This document shows, piece after piece, positions 29,055 to 42,505 of a DNA stretch of 64,000 bases (position 1 is its first letter; the number at the start of each line of letters is the position of its first letter). This DNA is from Eledone cirrhosa. Lineage: Eukaryota. The stretch covers positions 40,362,001 through 40,426,000 of the forward strand of contig OZ024743.1 in the NCBI GenBank assembly GCA_964016885.1, written 5' to 3'. The translations under genes were made by a program, and so were the position numbers. Under the pieces are notes generated by a model. It worked only from the letters and a program-made list of their open reading frames with translations. It was not told where the DNA came from and did no database searches.

Positions 29055-30474
29055 CTTAATACGTTAGTAAAATATATGCATGTTTTTTTTAAATCTAGAC
29101 GACTAGAAATGTTTCCTTCGTAAGAAACCTCAGGAAAGTCCAATGATTTCTTACGAAGGAAACTGTTCTACTTTTGTGAGAATGGGGTACTGATTGTTGA
29201 GTTATCATATGGCGCCAACTTATCAGACACTAAGTCTGATCTTGTGCCTGTGAGTATCAGCTATACACCGACCTCAAATATGCTGTAATTCTTAGCAATC
29301 ATTGCCTGATCAGCCATGATCGAGTAGACATTACAAGTGTTTCCTTTCAAATATGTTTTCATATGTCTAGGATTATGTTTTTTGACATGCTTTTCGCTAT
29401 TTTTTTAGCCAGTATGGGGTGTGCTCTGAAAGATTATTTGGCTCCTTTTCTTTAGCAGGTCAAACAACTGCATAAAGTCTGCCTCGTTAACTTGTCTGAA
29501 AGACGTTATAAACTTATATTTATTGTTGCTAAGATTTTTTTGTTAAATACTTAGATATGTTTGCATTATTTTAATATTGCGAAAGTTATTCAAATGTATA
29601 ATTTGAAATAAGATGATACGAAAATCTTCTATATTTATAATTTATTTTCCAAGATAGCTAAAGAATGTTTTTAGAAAACTCCTCTTTATGGTTCATTTGA
29701 TTCCTTTTCTCTATCGATCACCATTTTCCAAAGAATTTGCAACGCATATGTTTGTAAAGAATCTTAGGCTTCTTTACAATCACAAAAAATATAGCTGTAA
29801 GAAAAGGATTGGCGTAGACTCTGTTTTCACTCATCAATAATTAATTTACAAATTCTGAAAATAGGAACAAAATTAAATTACAGAAAAACATGTTCCTGCT
29901 ACCATTCCTTGGTTACATCAAATATATTGAAAAGTATAAAAGGAATTGGCCATGTAAAAATCGTACATAATATTGGACATAACTGATATGGATTCTTCAT
30001 ATTTCAGCAAACGAACATAATAGTACATCAAACAAACTATAATCTTTGAATGGAAAATGTTCACACCTGTTTCTATTAGATGTTTAAATATTCTTATCTC
30101 AAATGAAGTGTACTTTCAAGATGGCTTCCTACTTGCTTTCGTTGTTTGTGTAGAATTTTTTCTGTTTTCTTCATGTGCAGGAAGAACTTTCTATAAAATT
30201 GAATAACCAGATAGTGTTGGGAAAACAAATATCATACTTGTCGATATTTATGTATGTATTACATAAGCATGTACATATTTGTGTGTATGCATGCATTCAT
30301 GTACTTATATATATATATATATACATATATGTGTGTGTGTGTGTGTACAAGCACATTGCGAATAGGTTAAAGCATATCAAAAATATTTGTGCCTGGACTG
30401 CTACGTGTACGGGAAACCACATACTTCCAGCCTATAAATATCAAAGTAGGAAAACTAATGTGATGCTTATTATG

Positions 30475-30885
30475 TCGTATAGTTATAGGGTTGAATTTTG
30501 TGCGGAGGTTTCAGAAGAAGTTCCTTCAGTGGTTGTATATCCACAGACGTAATATTGACTATTGTTGATTTATATCTGAAAATTCAAGTATGGGGTGGAT
30601 TTAACTTTGTTGTGCCATATTATAAGCAGTAAGGTTCCCAGTCTTCGCTCTCTACTTTAACAGCATACTTAGGACAAGGATGTAGTGTATTCCCACTCCT
30701 TTGATCTGAATATATGAATTTGGCTGTAATAACAGCTTGTACACATATTCACTGTTGACACCATGAAATTTGTATTTTATCAGGATCATTAAGATCATTT
30801 TCAAATTATGAATTATATACTCAGAAAATATATTTAGTAACCTAATACCGTGACCACGAGCCTCTTTTGACAATGACCAACCGAA
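30475..30885 (-). pseudogene. Decayed protein-coding-like sequence of unknown family (possible EVE)
   Basis: FGWSLSKEARGHGIRLLNIFSEY/FENDLNDPDKIQISWCQQ*ICVQAVITAKFIYSDQRSGNTLHPCPKYAVKVESEDWEPYCL...KPPHKIQPYNY. Confidence 0.35.
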
Positions 30886-33017
30886 ATTTTACAGACTGAC
30901 ATATAAATAACACTTACAGAAGATAGTAGAAATAATATATTTATACTGATTGTTTTAATGTTCTTCTGTGGAGCAAGATTATCCATTTGCATAAAAGACT
31001 AACGCAATAAAACAGAAACTATAGCATCTCATGTCGAACTGTCAAACATTAAGAACTTGTAAGAACTTCATTTTATCACGAACACCAGAAATATTTTAGT
31101 GAACTCTTTGTGTTTGTAGGAACCCAAGTCGGGGCCAGTTGTAAACTATTTAGCACATGTTGTAGATATGACAGGATTATGTTTAAATTGTAAATAGGAT
31201 TACAGAATATAACATTCTATGATATGGCATAATTTGATATTTCAAATTACGCCTGGCGTATATAGAGATAATTTAGTGAACTCCTCTGGTTTCTGTTACA
31301 TACGTTAATTCTCAAATCATATTGAAGTATCACGTATGGTTTCGTTTTATATTACATAATACCATAATCACCAATAGTAAATATATATTCTGAGAGAATT
31401 ACGAACGCTATCGTCGTGTATACATCGGAACGTGATTTTTGTCTGAGGTCAATAATATGCATTATTAAATCTTTACATAAACTGAGCAACTATTCAAACT
31501 AAATATTATGAGCAGCCGAGCTGCAAACTTGTTATAACATTTTGTTTCTTATTTGCTTTCGCTGAAACTGCGAATAGTTTACGTTATATTGTTACAATGT
31601 AGAACTGCAGGAAGAGGATTGAGAAAAGGAATAATTCTAGGAAACCAGCGTTATATGATAGACGAAATTTTACTAGTGGATATTACTTGGCTTTGATATC
31701 CACTCAATATGAATGACTCTCGTCATACAAATTAGTAGAGATGAAACGAATCTACCTAACTCCGATGAGTAGACAGAGAAATAAATTGTTTGGTAGTAGT
31801 GAGTTGTAGATGTGATTGGTTAGTTTGTTCAGTTCGAAAATGTGCACCCACTGCAGTAAACAGTATTGTATACAGATACATATAGATAAACTTATGTATA
31901 CATAAGCCCATACACGCACATACGGACACAAATTCACAAACGGAACTCAAGTAAACGTATTTAAGACTATTCACCAGAATCTGTTATATAATCGGCTTGT
32001 CTCCCCACAGCCTCGGCGGACAGAATGGAGAAGGCGTTTCACCGGAGGACGGCAAGGGAGACGCGCTAGAAAGTAGACTATATTGTAGAAGCTATAGGAA
32101 AACAACATCTCTATGACTTAGGGATTAGAGTATGCTGATGAATGATTCCATGCTAATGAGTCAGATCTGTTCTTCTTTACATTATGGGATGTCTAACTTT
32201 GTGTGCCTCAGCTTGGTTTGTTTGCTCTTTTTCATCTGTAATGTTTCGTTTATTCATGTATTGTTTTTAGTTAGTTATATTTGAAAGTAAATCTATTTCT
32301 ATTCAACATTTAGAATTATCTTCGTATATTATTTACTAGTAAGTCTGCTCACGTTCTTAATGTCAATGGATCGATTTTTGGCGGTGCGTTGTCTCCTTCA
32401 GTAAATCATATTATTTTACGTTCCTCCAATTCAATCAGGTGGGAAGAAAATGAGTTGTACCTATATTTCTATAGTTAACGTATGAACCGACACCTACATA
32501 CAAATATAAACACAAACACACACACGGAAACAAAAATACATTCATACGCACACAGCAAAAATTGCAGCTGATGCAGTCTTACGCTTAAAAATATAACATA
32601 TTATATCACAGTGTGTAATTCACGAAAGAAGAGACACCGACAGTCTCGTGGAGAGACTACTTAGAGTTCTTTTTTCTCACTGAGCTGCAGTTCATGTCAC
32701 GTCTTAATCTCCTTTGCTCTATGAGCTTTAACGGTTGATAAATATATTTCCAGTCCTAGCTCATTAGACCTACAAAATAGTTATGGCGTTCGATGTGATG
32801 ACTTACCGTATCAATTCCGTTTTTGTATAGTCTGAGTTTAAATCGTGTCTCCTGTCACCTGAAATGCTGTGACATTACTGTCAGAGCGTATCTGGAATCG
32901 AAAGAAAGCTGAAAAATGTGTTTCATTGGTCTACCAAGACAAAGAGCAAGAAGAATAAATGAAAGAAAAGTAAGGAAGAAGCCGCACAACCACAGTGGAG
33001 ATACTCAGTTTATTATG

Positions 33018-33050
<33 letters not shown>

Positions 33051-33094
33051 TTTCTGAATTTGTTTAGCAAGATTCTTTATCTGAAAACGTGTGT

Positions 33095-34690
33095 TAAAAC
33101 CGATATTGTTATACTTTGGGAGGGTCATGTTGCCATCAAGAAACACACGCACCAGACGCTTTCACTTCAATTTATTATAAACAACAATCTCTTTACTCTG
33201 ATTATGTACTCCCGCTAGGTTGATGATATAAACATCGTAGTAAAAACACCCCCACTAGAGAACAGTCAGGAATTATAGAAAAACACCATGGAAAGCATCC
33301 AGCAATTAGCTAACTCCATCCACCAGACTACGCAAGAAAACACTCCAACCATCGATTACCTGTACTAGACAGAGAGCTCTGGTTAGAAACCTTTAATAAC
33401 AAAAAACAAATCCTCCATTCCCAATATGCCAAACCCGTGACTTCCAAATACCTGATCTACCGAAACTCAGCTGTGTTGGATCACACCAAAATAAAATAAC
33501 TGATTGCGGATTTAGTAAGGGTGATGAGGAACGTGCTCCGCATGTGCAACCCAAAGAATAGAGAGACGCATACACACTCTATCTACCGTAGGAAGTTCTG
33601 TGGTTACAATCATAGAGAAAAAATCAGAGTATATAGAGGAGCCAGAGCCAAATGTGAACAAATGGTAAATAATGATACGAATGGGACCTGCCCCATGTAT
33701 ATGAGCAAATTTTGGAATAGAATAGAAAGAACTAGGAATAAGGTTAATAAAAAAAACTCATGGTATGATAGCAATCAATACCAAAGTGTAATGTTCATCA
33801 ATACAACCACTAGAGATGAACTAGCTTACACATTTAGAAGGGCCCTAGATGAACTTAAACTAAGTATTAAGATAGTGGAAAGACCATGTACCTCCATAAA
33901 AACACTCATTACTAATAAATACCCTTTTCAAAGACCTCCCTGTATAGATAGGAAATGCACACTCTGTAAACTAAGCCCCCATATTAACTGTAAAACTAAA
34001 AGCATAGTATATAGCATAAGTTGTAGTGAGGGACAATGTAAATATAAGAATATAATGTACATAGGTGAGACAGCTCGTAGTATAGGAGAACGATTAAATG
34101 AACACTGGCGAGAACCCCAAGATAGAAAAGACTCATCAGTACTCCACCAAAATGCTATAATAGAACATAAGGGCAAATTAGAGAACATAGAAATAAAAAT
34201 AAAATCTACACAGAGAAAAGATGCAATGTTTAGACAAATCACAGAGACAATAAACTTAAATGAACTCCAACCAAAATTAAATAGAAAACATGAATGGAAT
34301 AGCAACATCACAACTTACAATTAAGGACAAAATGAAAACACAAACACATAGAACAAACAACTAACTAGTAACATGTAAATAAACAAATAAATAAACAAAT
34401 AAAAAGCCACACAGGCACCCGGATGTAACACAAGCGCAAACTAAGGACACAACACACACAAAAAACAAGATGGCGTAGGACAGAACAAAGGAGAGGCACA
34501 AAACAAGAAAATAATCCCCTGTCACTGAAGAGGTCACACCGTGTGTGACGAAAGAACTTTGACAATATATGAACAACCATCCGGTTGTGAAACCAACCAA
34601 CCAACCGGAAATTTATAATAAATTGAAGTGAAACAACTGGTGCGCGTGTTTCTTATTAGCAACATGACCATCCCAAAGTATAGCAATATA
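33095..34690 (+). mobile_element. 5'-truncated Penelope-like element (Nematis/Neptune-like GIY-YIG region) with an inverted copy of its 3' tail at the 5' end
   Basis: ORF 33521-34324: CIDRKCTLC, IVYSISC..YIGETAR..ERLNEH, RQITE..PKLN; inverted repeat 33100-33181 / 34612-34690. Confidence 0.85.
34520..34564 (+). ncRNA. Minimal type I hammerhead in PLE pLTR
   Basis: tgtca-CTGAAGA-ggtcacaccgtgtgtgac-GAAA-gaac-TT-tgaca. Confidence 0.75.
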
Positions 34691-34959
34691 TATATATATT
34701 GCCTCTGGAATATTCTTCAATTTGTTGGTCAGAATAATAAGCAGGACTTGTGGTAGCGAACACATCAATAGCTTGTCCACGAAGAATTTATTCAAACGCA
34801 GTGGACATGTATTGCGCACACACTTTATAACCATCACAAAGATAAATGTATATACAAGATGCCCCAAAAAATGTATACACACTTTTATTGGAATGCTATT
34901 GCAGTTAGTATATCTTTTTTAGGGACACACTGTATACGTTTAAATATAGCTTAATATAC

Positions 34960-35400
34960 GTTAATATGTTAACATCATAACATACTAAACTTCCATACAC
35001 ACACATGTAACACCCTTCTGTATATTCGAAAATAATATACGTCAATATTTAAACACGTTAACATGCTAGCCATACGCCCACACACACATAACACCATTCT
35101 ACATTTCTACTAATGTAATCAATTTTATTTCTATTATGAAGACGATAAACCGCTTTGCTACGCACACACATGCGTGCATACGAATAAAAATATACTTTTC
35201 TTTTCTACCCTGCCACCACCATCGGCGCCGCCAGCACTATCAACACGAACATTCAATTTTATTTCAGTAGAAAATGTGAATTTTGACACCTCAGCATCAC
35301 ATAAGCCATAATCACAGAACCAGAACAATTTCTCCCACTGCGATGTCTTGACCATTATCGTTTGTTAGGCACAAAACTTTCTATGGGGAACTTTTCGTTT
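34960..35400 (+). mobile_element. Fragment homologous to the 3' UTR of the Neptune-like PLE at 47100-47790
   Basis: Shared aacatgcta(g/a)ccatac...cacacataacacc and gaaccagaacaatt..ctccca..tcttgacca. Confidence 0.55.
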
Positions 35401-35690
35401 CTGGCACGTGTATTATAAAAGAAAGATATCTATTCATAAAAAAAAGATATATTATATGCCCCATCATGTGACGGTGACCAACAATTAAAATGGCAACTAA
35501 AATAAGAACCTCCCAAAACGAACTGGCGCGAAATTTTATGTAGTTATTCACGTGACAGTCATCAACCAACCAAATTAGGCTTTTTAAAAACAATAATCTT
35601 AGCCATACATTTTAAGTCAAATACAATATTCTAAAAAGACTCCAGATGCATTTTCAGTTTCTTTTCTCTCTCTCTATATATATATATATA

Positions 35691-37555
35691 TTTGGGATGC
35701 TCCCATACAGCTCTGAGTTTTTCATCCTCAGTGTATACTGATTAATGTTCAGAGCCATCCTCAGCATTCTCGTGTAGCATCCATCCACCATCTGAGTGAG
35801 TTTCTTGGTCAGTGTCCAAGTCTCAGACCCATACAGCAGCACAGACTCCACTACAGCAAAGAAGAGGCGGATTTTCAGGTCTCTACGAAGGTCCGACTGC
35901 CACACCGATCTCAAGCTGTGGCACGCCGCCCAGGCCTTGCTCTTCCTCTCAACCACATCATCTTCTGTATTCCCAATCTTTGTTCCCAAATACAGGAAGT
36001 CCTCAACCAATTCCAGCGGCCTCCCGCCTACATTAGTGATCCCCTCTGGCTTCTCAACATTCTCTACCAGATATTTTGTTTTAGTCTCATTATTTCTCAG
36101 GGCGGTCGTTTGGCAGTATCGGTGGAGGGTCGGACGCCATGCTTTCCAGCATAGTTACGTCCCTTTACGATCTGAGTTCAAATCCCGCCGAGGTTGACTT
36201 TGCCTTTCATCCTTACGGGGTCGATAAAATAAAGTACCAGTAATGCACTGGGTAATTGCTGGCCTTGTGCCAAAAGTAGAAACAATTATTTCTCAGCCCC
36301 ACACTCATCGACACAGTCTCAACCTCTCGCATCAAATCCTCTGCCTCCTTCACTGTATTTGTCACCAAAACTATGTCGTCGGCAAATTCAGCATCCGATA
36401 CCTTTTTCGCCCTAACTCTCCTGCTCTGAGCCGGTGCTACAGTAAAGCCAGAGTCCTGGTGTTTCTCCAGTGCAAGGCGCATACAATAGTCCACTACGAT
36501 GATAAAAAGGTAGGGAGCCAATGTATCTCCCTGGAGCACTCCAGCCAGTATCTCAAAGAAATCTGTCATCCCATCAGGTGTAATAACTTGGGCTTTGGTG
36601 TTGGTGTAGAGCAGTGATATCAGGTCCACTATCTTCTTGGGGATTCCATAAGTCTGTAAGATCTTCATCAGGCAGTACCGGTCCACAGAATCAAAGGCCT
36701 TCCTAAAGTCAATGAAAACCATGACCGCAGGAAGGCACTTTGCTCTAGCTCCCTCTAATATCCTCCTCAGCATCAGAATGTGACTGGTGGTTGATCTACC
36801 TCTCTGAAGCCGTTCTGGTTGTCCCTGAGCTTCTTCTCCATCTCAGGCTGGATCCTGTTAAGAATCATCCTGTTGAGGGTTTTTGCCACAAGTGACGTCA
36901 GTGAGATCCCCCGATAGTTGTTGGTGTTAGAGAGATCTCCCTCCTTTGGCACTGGGACGATGTTACTGATCCTCCACTGATTCGGGGCAACTCCTTTCTC
37001 CAGTGCCTCGTTACAGAACTCCAGGATGATATCTTCAAAATCACACCTCTTCATCACCTCTGATGCCACTCCATCTTCTCCATGAGCCTTGCCCTCCTTG
37101 ATCCTCTTCTTGGCTCTCTGAAGCTCCTCTCTGGTGAAGGGCTCTGGCTCAACATCCAGTTCCTCAAACAGCCGCCTGATCTCCCCAGTGCTCTGGGCTG
37201 TGGAGGGTGGCTCTCCTAGTAGGGTCCTAAAATGGTCTGGCCATTTCCTCTTCCTATCCTCGGGCCCCGTTCCCTGGATCTGACTCGAACACCTTCTCTT
37301 CCTCCCTGTGATCTCGTTGATGATCATCCAGCTCTCCTTACATCCAGATCTGTCAACCGCTCTCTCCACACTTCTGATCTTCTCTATCAGTCCCTCCTCT
37401 CTGACCTCAGTGTAAGCGGTACAGAGCTCTTCGCTCATCACCTCCACAGTCTCCATCCTCTCCTCCGTAGGATCAGCATAGAATTGGTCCCTGGCAGCTT
37501 TCAGGTGTTCTCTGGCTGCACACACTTTTGGCTTTGCAGAGCTGACGTGCTTCCC
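35691..37555 (-). mobile_element. RTE-type LINE ORF fragment (reverse transcriptase), interrupted by a SINE
   Basis: VPVPKEGDL..NYRGISL, FIDFRKAFDS, GVLQGDTLAPYLF, EFADD, FLYLG, LLYGSETW. Confidence 0.9.
36101..36284 (+). mobile_element. Full-length young tRNA-derived SINE with 12 bp TSD
   Basis: TSD attatttctcag at 36089-36100 and 36285-36296; A and B boxes intact. Confidence 0.9.
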
Positions 37556-37590
37556 TTTGTTCTTTTTTTTTTTTTTTAAATATATATGTA

Positions 37591-38663
37591 CAATACATAA
37601 ACAGAGAAATCCTTAAGCGATACTCCGACCAACTCCATCTCACTCAACAAACATTAGGATATACTTAAGTGTTATCCCAATTTAGTGTTTGGGGTGACAT
37701 TATTAAATAAATATCTCATTTCTTCCAGACGGCCGTTTCGTTATAAGATTTCTACAATTTGGGATAAATAATTTCCAGGTTATGTAGACACTTGTATATA
37801 ATCCATAGTTTTATACACAAGCGGGCTCTTATAAACTCATCAGTGGATGACCAATTAATTACGATATAAGAATGATATCGACATTAACAGAATGGTGATG
37901 GTCTCCCTCAGCGCTAAGAAGAGACTGTTAGATTAGAATGCAGAAGTTCTCCCAAATAAGAAATACACGCTGTCCCTACAAGGGTAAAGGGAGGTCATCT
38001 TAAAATAAAACAATATACACGCTGGTCAATTAAACCTGTTAGGTATTAACCACGTGTATAAGAACTCAATTGGAAATTTAAAAGAATAACCATATGTATA
38101 TATAACCAATGCAGACAGAGAGATATTAAAACATAATAAATATATATATGGATCACCCATATATACACATAGCTATTCTCTAAGGATAAATCAGACATGG
38201 GATACAAGGAAGATCAATCAGTATTTCATATAAAAAATAATAATAATAAAGAGAGTCATACCTTATAACTGGAATCCACATCAGGCTCCCAAGAGTATAT
38301 ATTCAATACGTAAACAGACAAAGCCTTAAGCGACACTCCGACCAACTCCATCTCACTCAACAAACATTAGGATATACCTAAGTATTATCCCAATTTAGTG
38401 TTTAGGGTATTAACTAATCAGTATTTCGAGGATAATTGGTTGTATTATTTTATATGAGACATTATTAAATAAATATCTCCTTTCTTCCAGACGGGCGTTT
38501 CGTTATGAGATTTCTACAATTTGGGATAAATAATTTCTAGGTTATGTAGAAACTTGTATATAATCCATAGTTGTATACACAAGTGGGCACTTATAAACTC
38601 AACAGTGGATGCCCAATTAATAACGATATGAGAATTATATCGACATTAACAGAATGGTGATGG
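37591..38663 (-). mobile_element. Non-coding tandem pLTR element with two co-oriented hammerheads (retrozyme-like)
   Basis: Direct repeats 37591-38066 and 38304-38663; hammerheads at 37724-37847 (intact) and ~38486-38609 (CTGTTGA); abuts (TA)n. Confidence 0.65.
37724..37847 (-). ncRNA. Type I hammerhead with long stem II
   Basis: tcca-CTGATGA-gtttataaga...tcttataac-GAAAC-ggcc-GTC-tgga. Confidence 0.8.
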
Positions 38664-38746
<83 letters not shown>

Positions 38747-38747
38747 T

Positions 38748-38812
<65 letters not shown>

Positions 38813-38816
<4 letters not shown>

Positions 38817-39012
38817 CGAAGGAAGTGTGGTCAGGAACCAGGAGGAACATAACGGACCAGAGTACTCGATACTTTGGGTAGTAGAGTAGGTAATAAGTAA
38901 ATAGTCAGAACCCCGACGGCAAAGCTCAAGCCGTTTTGACACCTATTTCAGTCCAGACCAGAAATAGCTGTCGAAACGTCTTGAACTCTGCCGTTTCGCT
39001 TCTGGCTCTTTT

Positions 39013-39016
<4 letters not shown>
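38813..39016 (-). mobile_element. Hairpin-plus-tail element, copy 2
   Basis: Reverse-complement homology to 249-436; (TA)n on both sides. Confidence 0.75.
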
Positions 39017-39075
<59 letters not shown>

Positions 39076-39081
39076 ATATAT

Positions 39082-42000
39082 ATATATATAAAACTGTGGA
39101 TGTGTGCGTTAAGGTTTGTAACGTATGCAGGTCCACAATTTCCAACGGATTCTATTCAAAGTCGGGGAAATGGTTGCTTTTGGTCAGGAGAATGTTATGA
39201 AGGAAAGACATTTCAAACCAATCAACAATAAGGGCAAAATCGATCTTGCTTTGATGTTTAACACATCTCCCTATAGCTTCTTAGTTTTACTCTCTCCGTT
39301 GCTCTTTCCTTTCTCTATAATAGATCCCCCCCACCGTTCTAATTTAACTGCTTTATTCTCTCTGTCGCTCTTCACTCACTATATCACTACGCATGTTTAC
39401 ACACCTACCGATAGTTTTTTGGCTTTACTCTCTCCGTCGCTCTTACCTCTCTCTATAATGGAGTATTTCCCTCTCTGTAATTTAACTGCTTTACTCTCTT
39501 CATGCTTTGAGGTTTAACATACCTCCCTATAGTTTCTTAGCTTTATCTCTCTGTCGCTCTTGACTCTCTCTATAATAGATCATTCCTCCTCTCTATAATG
39601 TAACTATTTTACTCTCTCTGTCGCTCTTCACTCTCTATATGACAACACTGTTTTGCACACCTCCCTATAGTTTCTTAGCTTTACTCTCTCCGTCGCTCTT
39701 CCCTCTCTCTATAATAGAGCATTCCCCCTCTCTATAATTTAACTGCTGGGGGAGTCATTGGAGTTCCGTATTGACATACGGCTTTTCTGGCATTTTATAT
39801 CGGCTTATTGCAAATAACAACCCACATAACAACTCTTCATATAACAGATTAATGTTATAGACATATGAACCGGAATGTTTATATTATTTTTTTTTTATGA
39901 CTTTAATTTGGTTAAATATTAATATCACAACACCCATAGTGTTATAGTTCTGGCAATTCTGCCGAATACACTGATTAGGTCAGTGTCTGTTAATGTTTGT
40001 TTTCTTTTCATATAAAGTCTAATATTTCCAGTATTTGGTGACTTTAAATATATATATATGCACGCAATGGGATTCCACTTTAGCAGAGGGTGCTTTGTTG
40101 AAATCACCTAAATGTCTACGGGAACTCTTTGACATTTTGCTTCAAAAGTGTGAATTGGGTGATCCCAAATCTTTATTGGTCAAGTACAGAGATTTCATGT
40201 CTGAGCACTTCCTGCGCCTGGCTCATCTGCAGTATCCTTCAATGGAAGTTGGTTACAGCGACATTATCTACAACAGGGCACTTATTGATATCAAGGACGC
40301 CCTTCACGACATGGGTGGGAGTGAGTTGGCGACGTATGGCTTGCCGTCAACCGCTAGAGAGGAAGCTAACACACTGGCCCCGGATTTGTTGCGGGAAACA
40401 GCATAAGACAGCGAATCTCTTTCCCAATACTTAGAGGAAAATGAGCCCAAACTTCTGTCGGACAAAAGGTTGGCCTATTTAACTATCATTGACGTGGTTC
40501 AAAATCAGACTGGGGGTATTTACTTTGTCGATGTTCTTGGGGGTACCTGAAAAACTTTTATAACGAAATTGATTCTCGCTAAGATTCCCCAGAAGAAATA
40601 AATTGCGTTGGCCGTTGCATCGTCCGGGTTCGCTGCTACTTTGCTGGCGTGAGGCAGAACAGCAGATTCAACCTTTAAACTCCCCTTGGATTTAGTAAAA
40701 ACTGAGACACCAACATGCAATATCAGCAAGTGCTGACACGAATCTCTGGTTCTCAAAAAATGTTGCCTCATTGTTTGGGATGAGTGCAGAATGGCACACA
40801 AAGGGGCCCTAGAGGTATTGGACTGGGCCCTGAAAGACATTAGGGATTCTACGGCTCCTATGGGTGGCGTAACCCTTCTGTTTTCAGGGAATTTTCCGCA
40901 AACGCTGCCTATCATCCCCAAAGGGACAAGAGCTGATGAAGTGCGTGCCTGCCTTACGTCGTTCACGTTGTGGCCCCAAGTGAATAGTTTGTACTTGAGC
41001 ACAAAAATGCGGCTCATTTGCATGGTGATAATATGTCTGCAGCATTTGCTCAGAACTTGTTAGTACTTGGTTAGGGCACGGTCCCTGCGGATGACAAGGG
41101 CAGTATTGCAATCGACTCATGTGCAACATGGTGAGCAGCCCTTCTGACCTTTGGGAAGCAGTTTTTCCTAATGTCTCATCTAACTTTAAAAACCTCGATT
41201 GGCACAGCGAAAGAGTCATCCTTGCTCCAAAAAATGCAATGGTTAATTTTATTAACGAGCAGCTGATCGAGACAATTCCCGGTAAAGAGCACATCTTCAA
41301 ATATATCGACCGGACGTCAGACCCCGACGATATCGTTAATAAGTTATTAAATTCCCTTGAGGCTCCAGGGCTCCCACCTCACATTCTTAAGCTTAGGGTT
41401 GGCTGTCCCATTATGCTACGGTACTCGCATGTTCGTCAAGTCACTGACGCCCCACTTGATTGAGGCCACCATTGTCACGGGGTGCGGGAGAGGGGAGAAT
41501 GTTTTCATTCAAAGGATGATCTTTTTCCCCTCGGCGTCAGATATATCGTTCGATTTCCGACGATCCCAATTCCCGGTGAGACCATGTTTTGCCCTGTCCA
41601 TTAAAAAGTCACAAGGGCAAATATTGTCAGTGGCGGGCATCCATTTGGGGGAGCCATGCTTCTCCCATATGTTGCCTGTTCCCGCGAAGGGAACAGGAAT
41701 GGACTTTTTGCTTACACTCCTCAAGAGATGACACGCAATATCGTCTAAAAAGAGGTGCTATAGATGTTGATGCAGATGTTGGAGGTGTTGGAGCTAGGCC
41801 GTCTGTAAAACTATTTCCTGGTAGGGTCACCCATGGCGGACAGATCTGACACCCATCGGCATCAGGGCGACCATCTTGCAACTTTGATCTACTAAATTCG
41901 CTATTGGAAGATTATTAACCCATCATTGATTGTCCAAAATGCTAATTGGTTCGTAACTTTTAATATCCGGTTCAACTGCTTTATGCACTTAATTGATAAG

Positions 42001-42085
42001 CTTATTCGCTTTCAATCAACCTTTACCTGTATGTAACTTTTCATAGCAAATGAACAAACCCGAGCAGCGCCGGGCTAAACTGGTA

Positions 42086-42086
<1 letters not shown>
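39082..42086 (+). mobile_element. Internally deleted Helitron with PIF1-like RepHel helicase pseudogene (~40040-41750) and ~120 bp tandem repeats (39265-39750)
   Basis: GGT*KTF, AVASSGFAATLL, IVWDECRMAHK, LLFSGNFPQTLP, RSQFPVRPCFALSIKKSQGQ; 3' hairpin cccgagcagcgccggg then CTGG/TAG. Confidence 0.88.
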
Positions 42087-42131
<45 letters not shown>

Positions 42132-42213
42132 GTTTCTACTTTAGGCACAGGGCCAGCAATTACCCAGTGCATTACTGGTACTTTATTTTATCGACCCCGT
42201 AAGGATGAAAGGC

Positions 42214-42505
42214 ATAATATAAAATCAAAAGATGGTTAAAAGAGTTCCATGTATTTTATTATGCGCATTTCAAAAACAAATATCATCATGGGATGATTTT
42301 GGCGTTCTCATCAGATAAAAAAGATAAAATAGGGAGACATGATATGAAGCTTAAAAAACACATGCGAGCAGTGAAGTGTTAAATCAACATATATGTTGAT
42401 TTAACATTTCACTGCGCGCAAGTGTATTTTAAGCTTCATATCATGTTTCCCTATTTTATCTGATGAGAACGCAAATATCATCCCATGATATTTATATATG
42501 AAATG
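42214..42505. mobile_element. Palindromic solo pLTR pair of the 22069-24605 PLE family, hammerheads on both strands
   Basis: Centre aaatcaacatatatgttgattt (~42391); minus HHR 42254-42320 complete (CTGATGA); plus copy from 42454 truncated after GAAAtgc. Confidence 0.8.

Noticed and set aside
36101-36190. tRNA genes at SINE heads
   Set aside because: Only A and B boxes are retained, with no cloverleaf; they are followed by the SINE core and a TSD
39265-39750. CRISPR-like repeats
   Set aside because: Degenerate tandem units without unique spacers, inside a eukaryotic Helitron, with no cas genes
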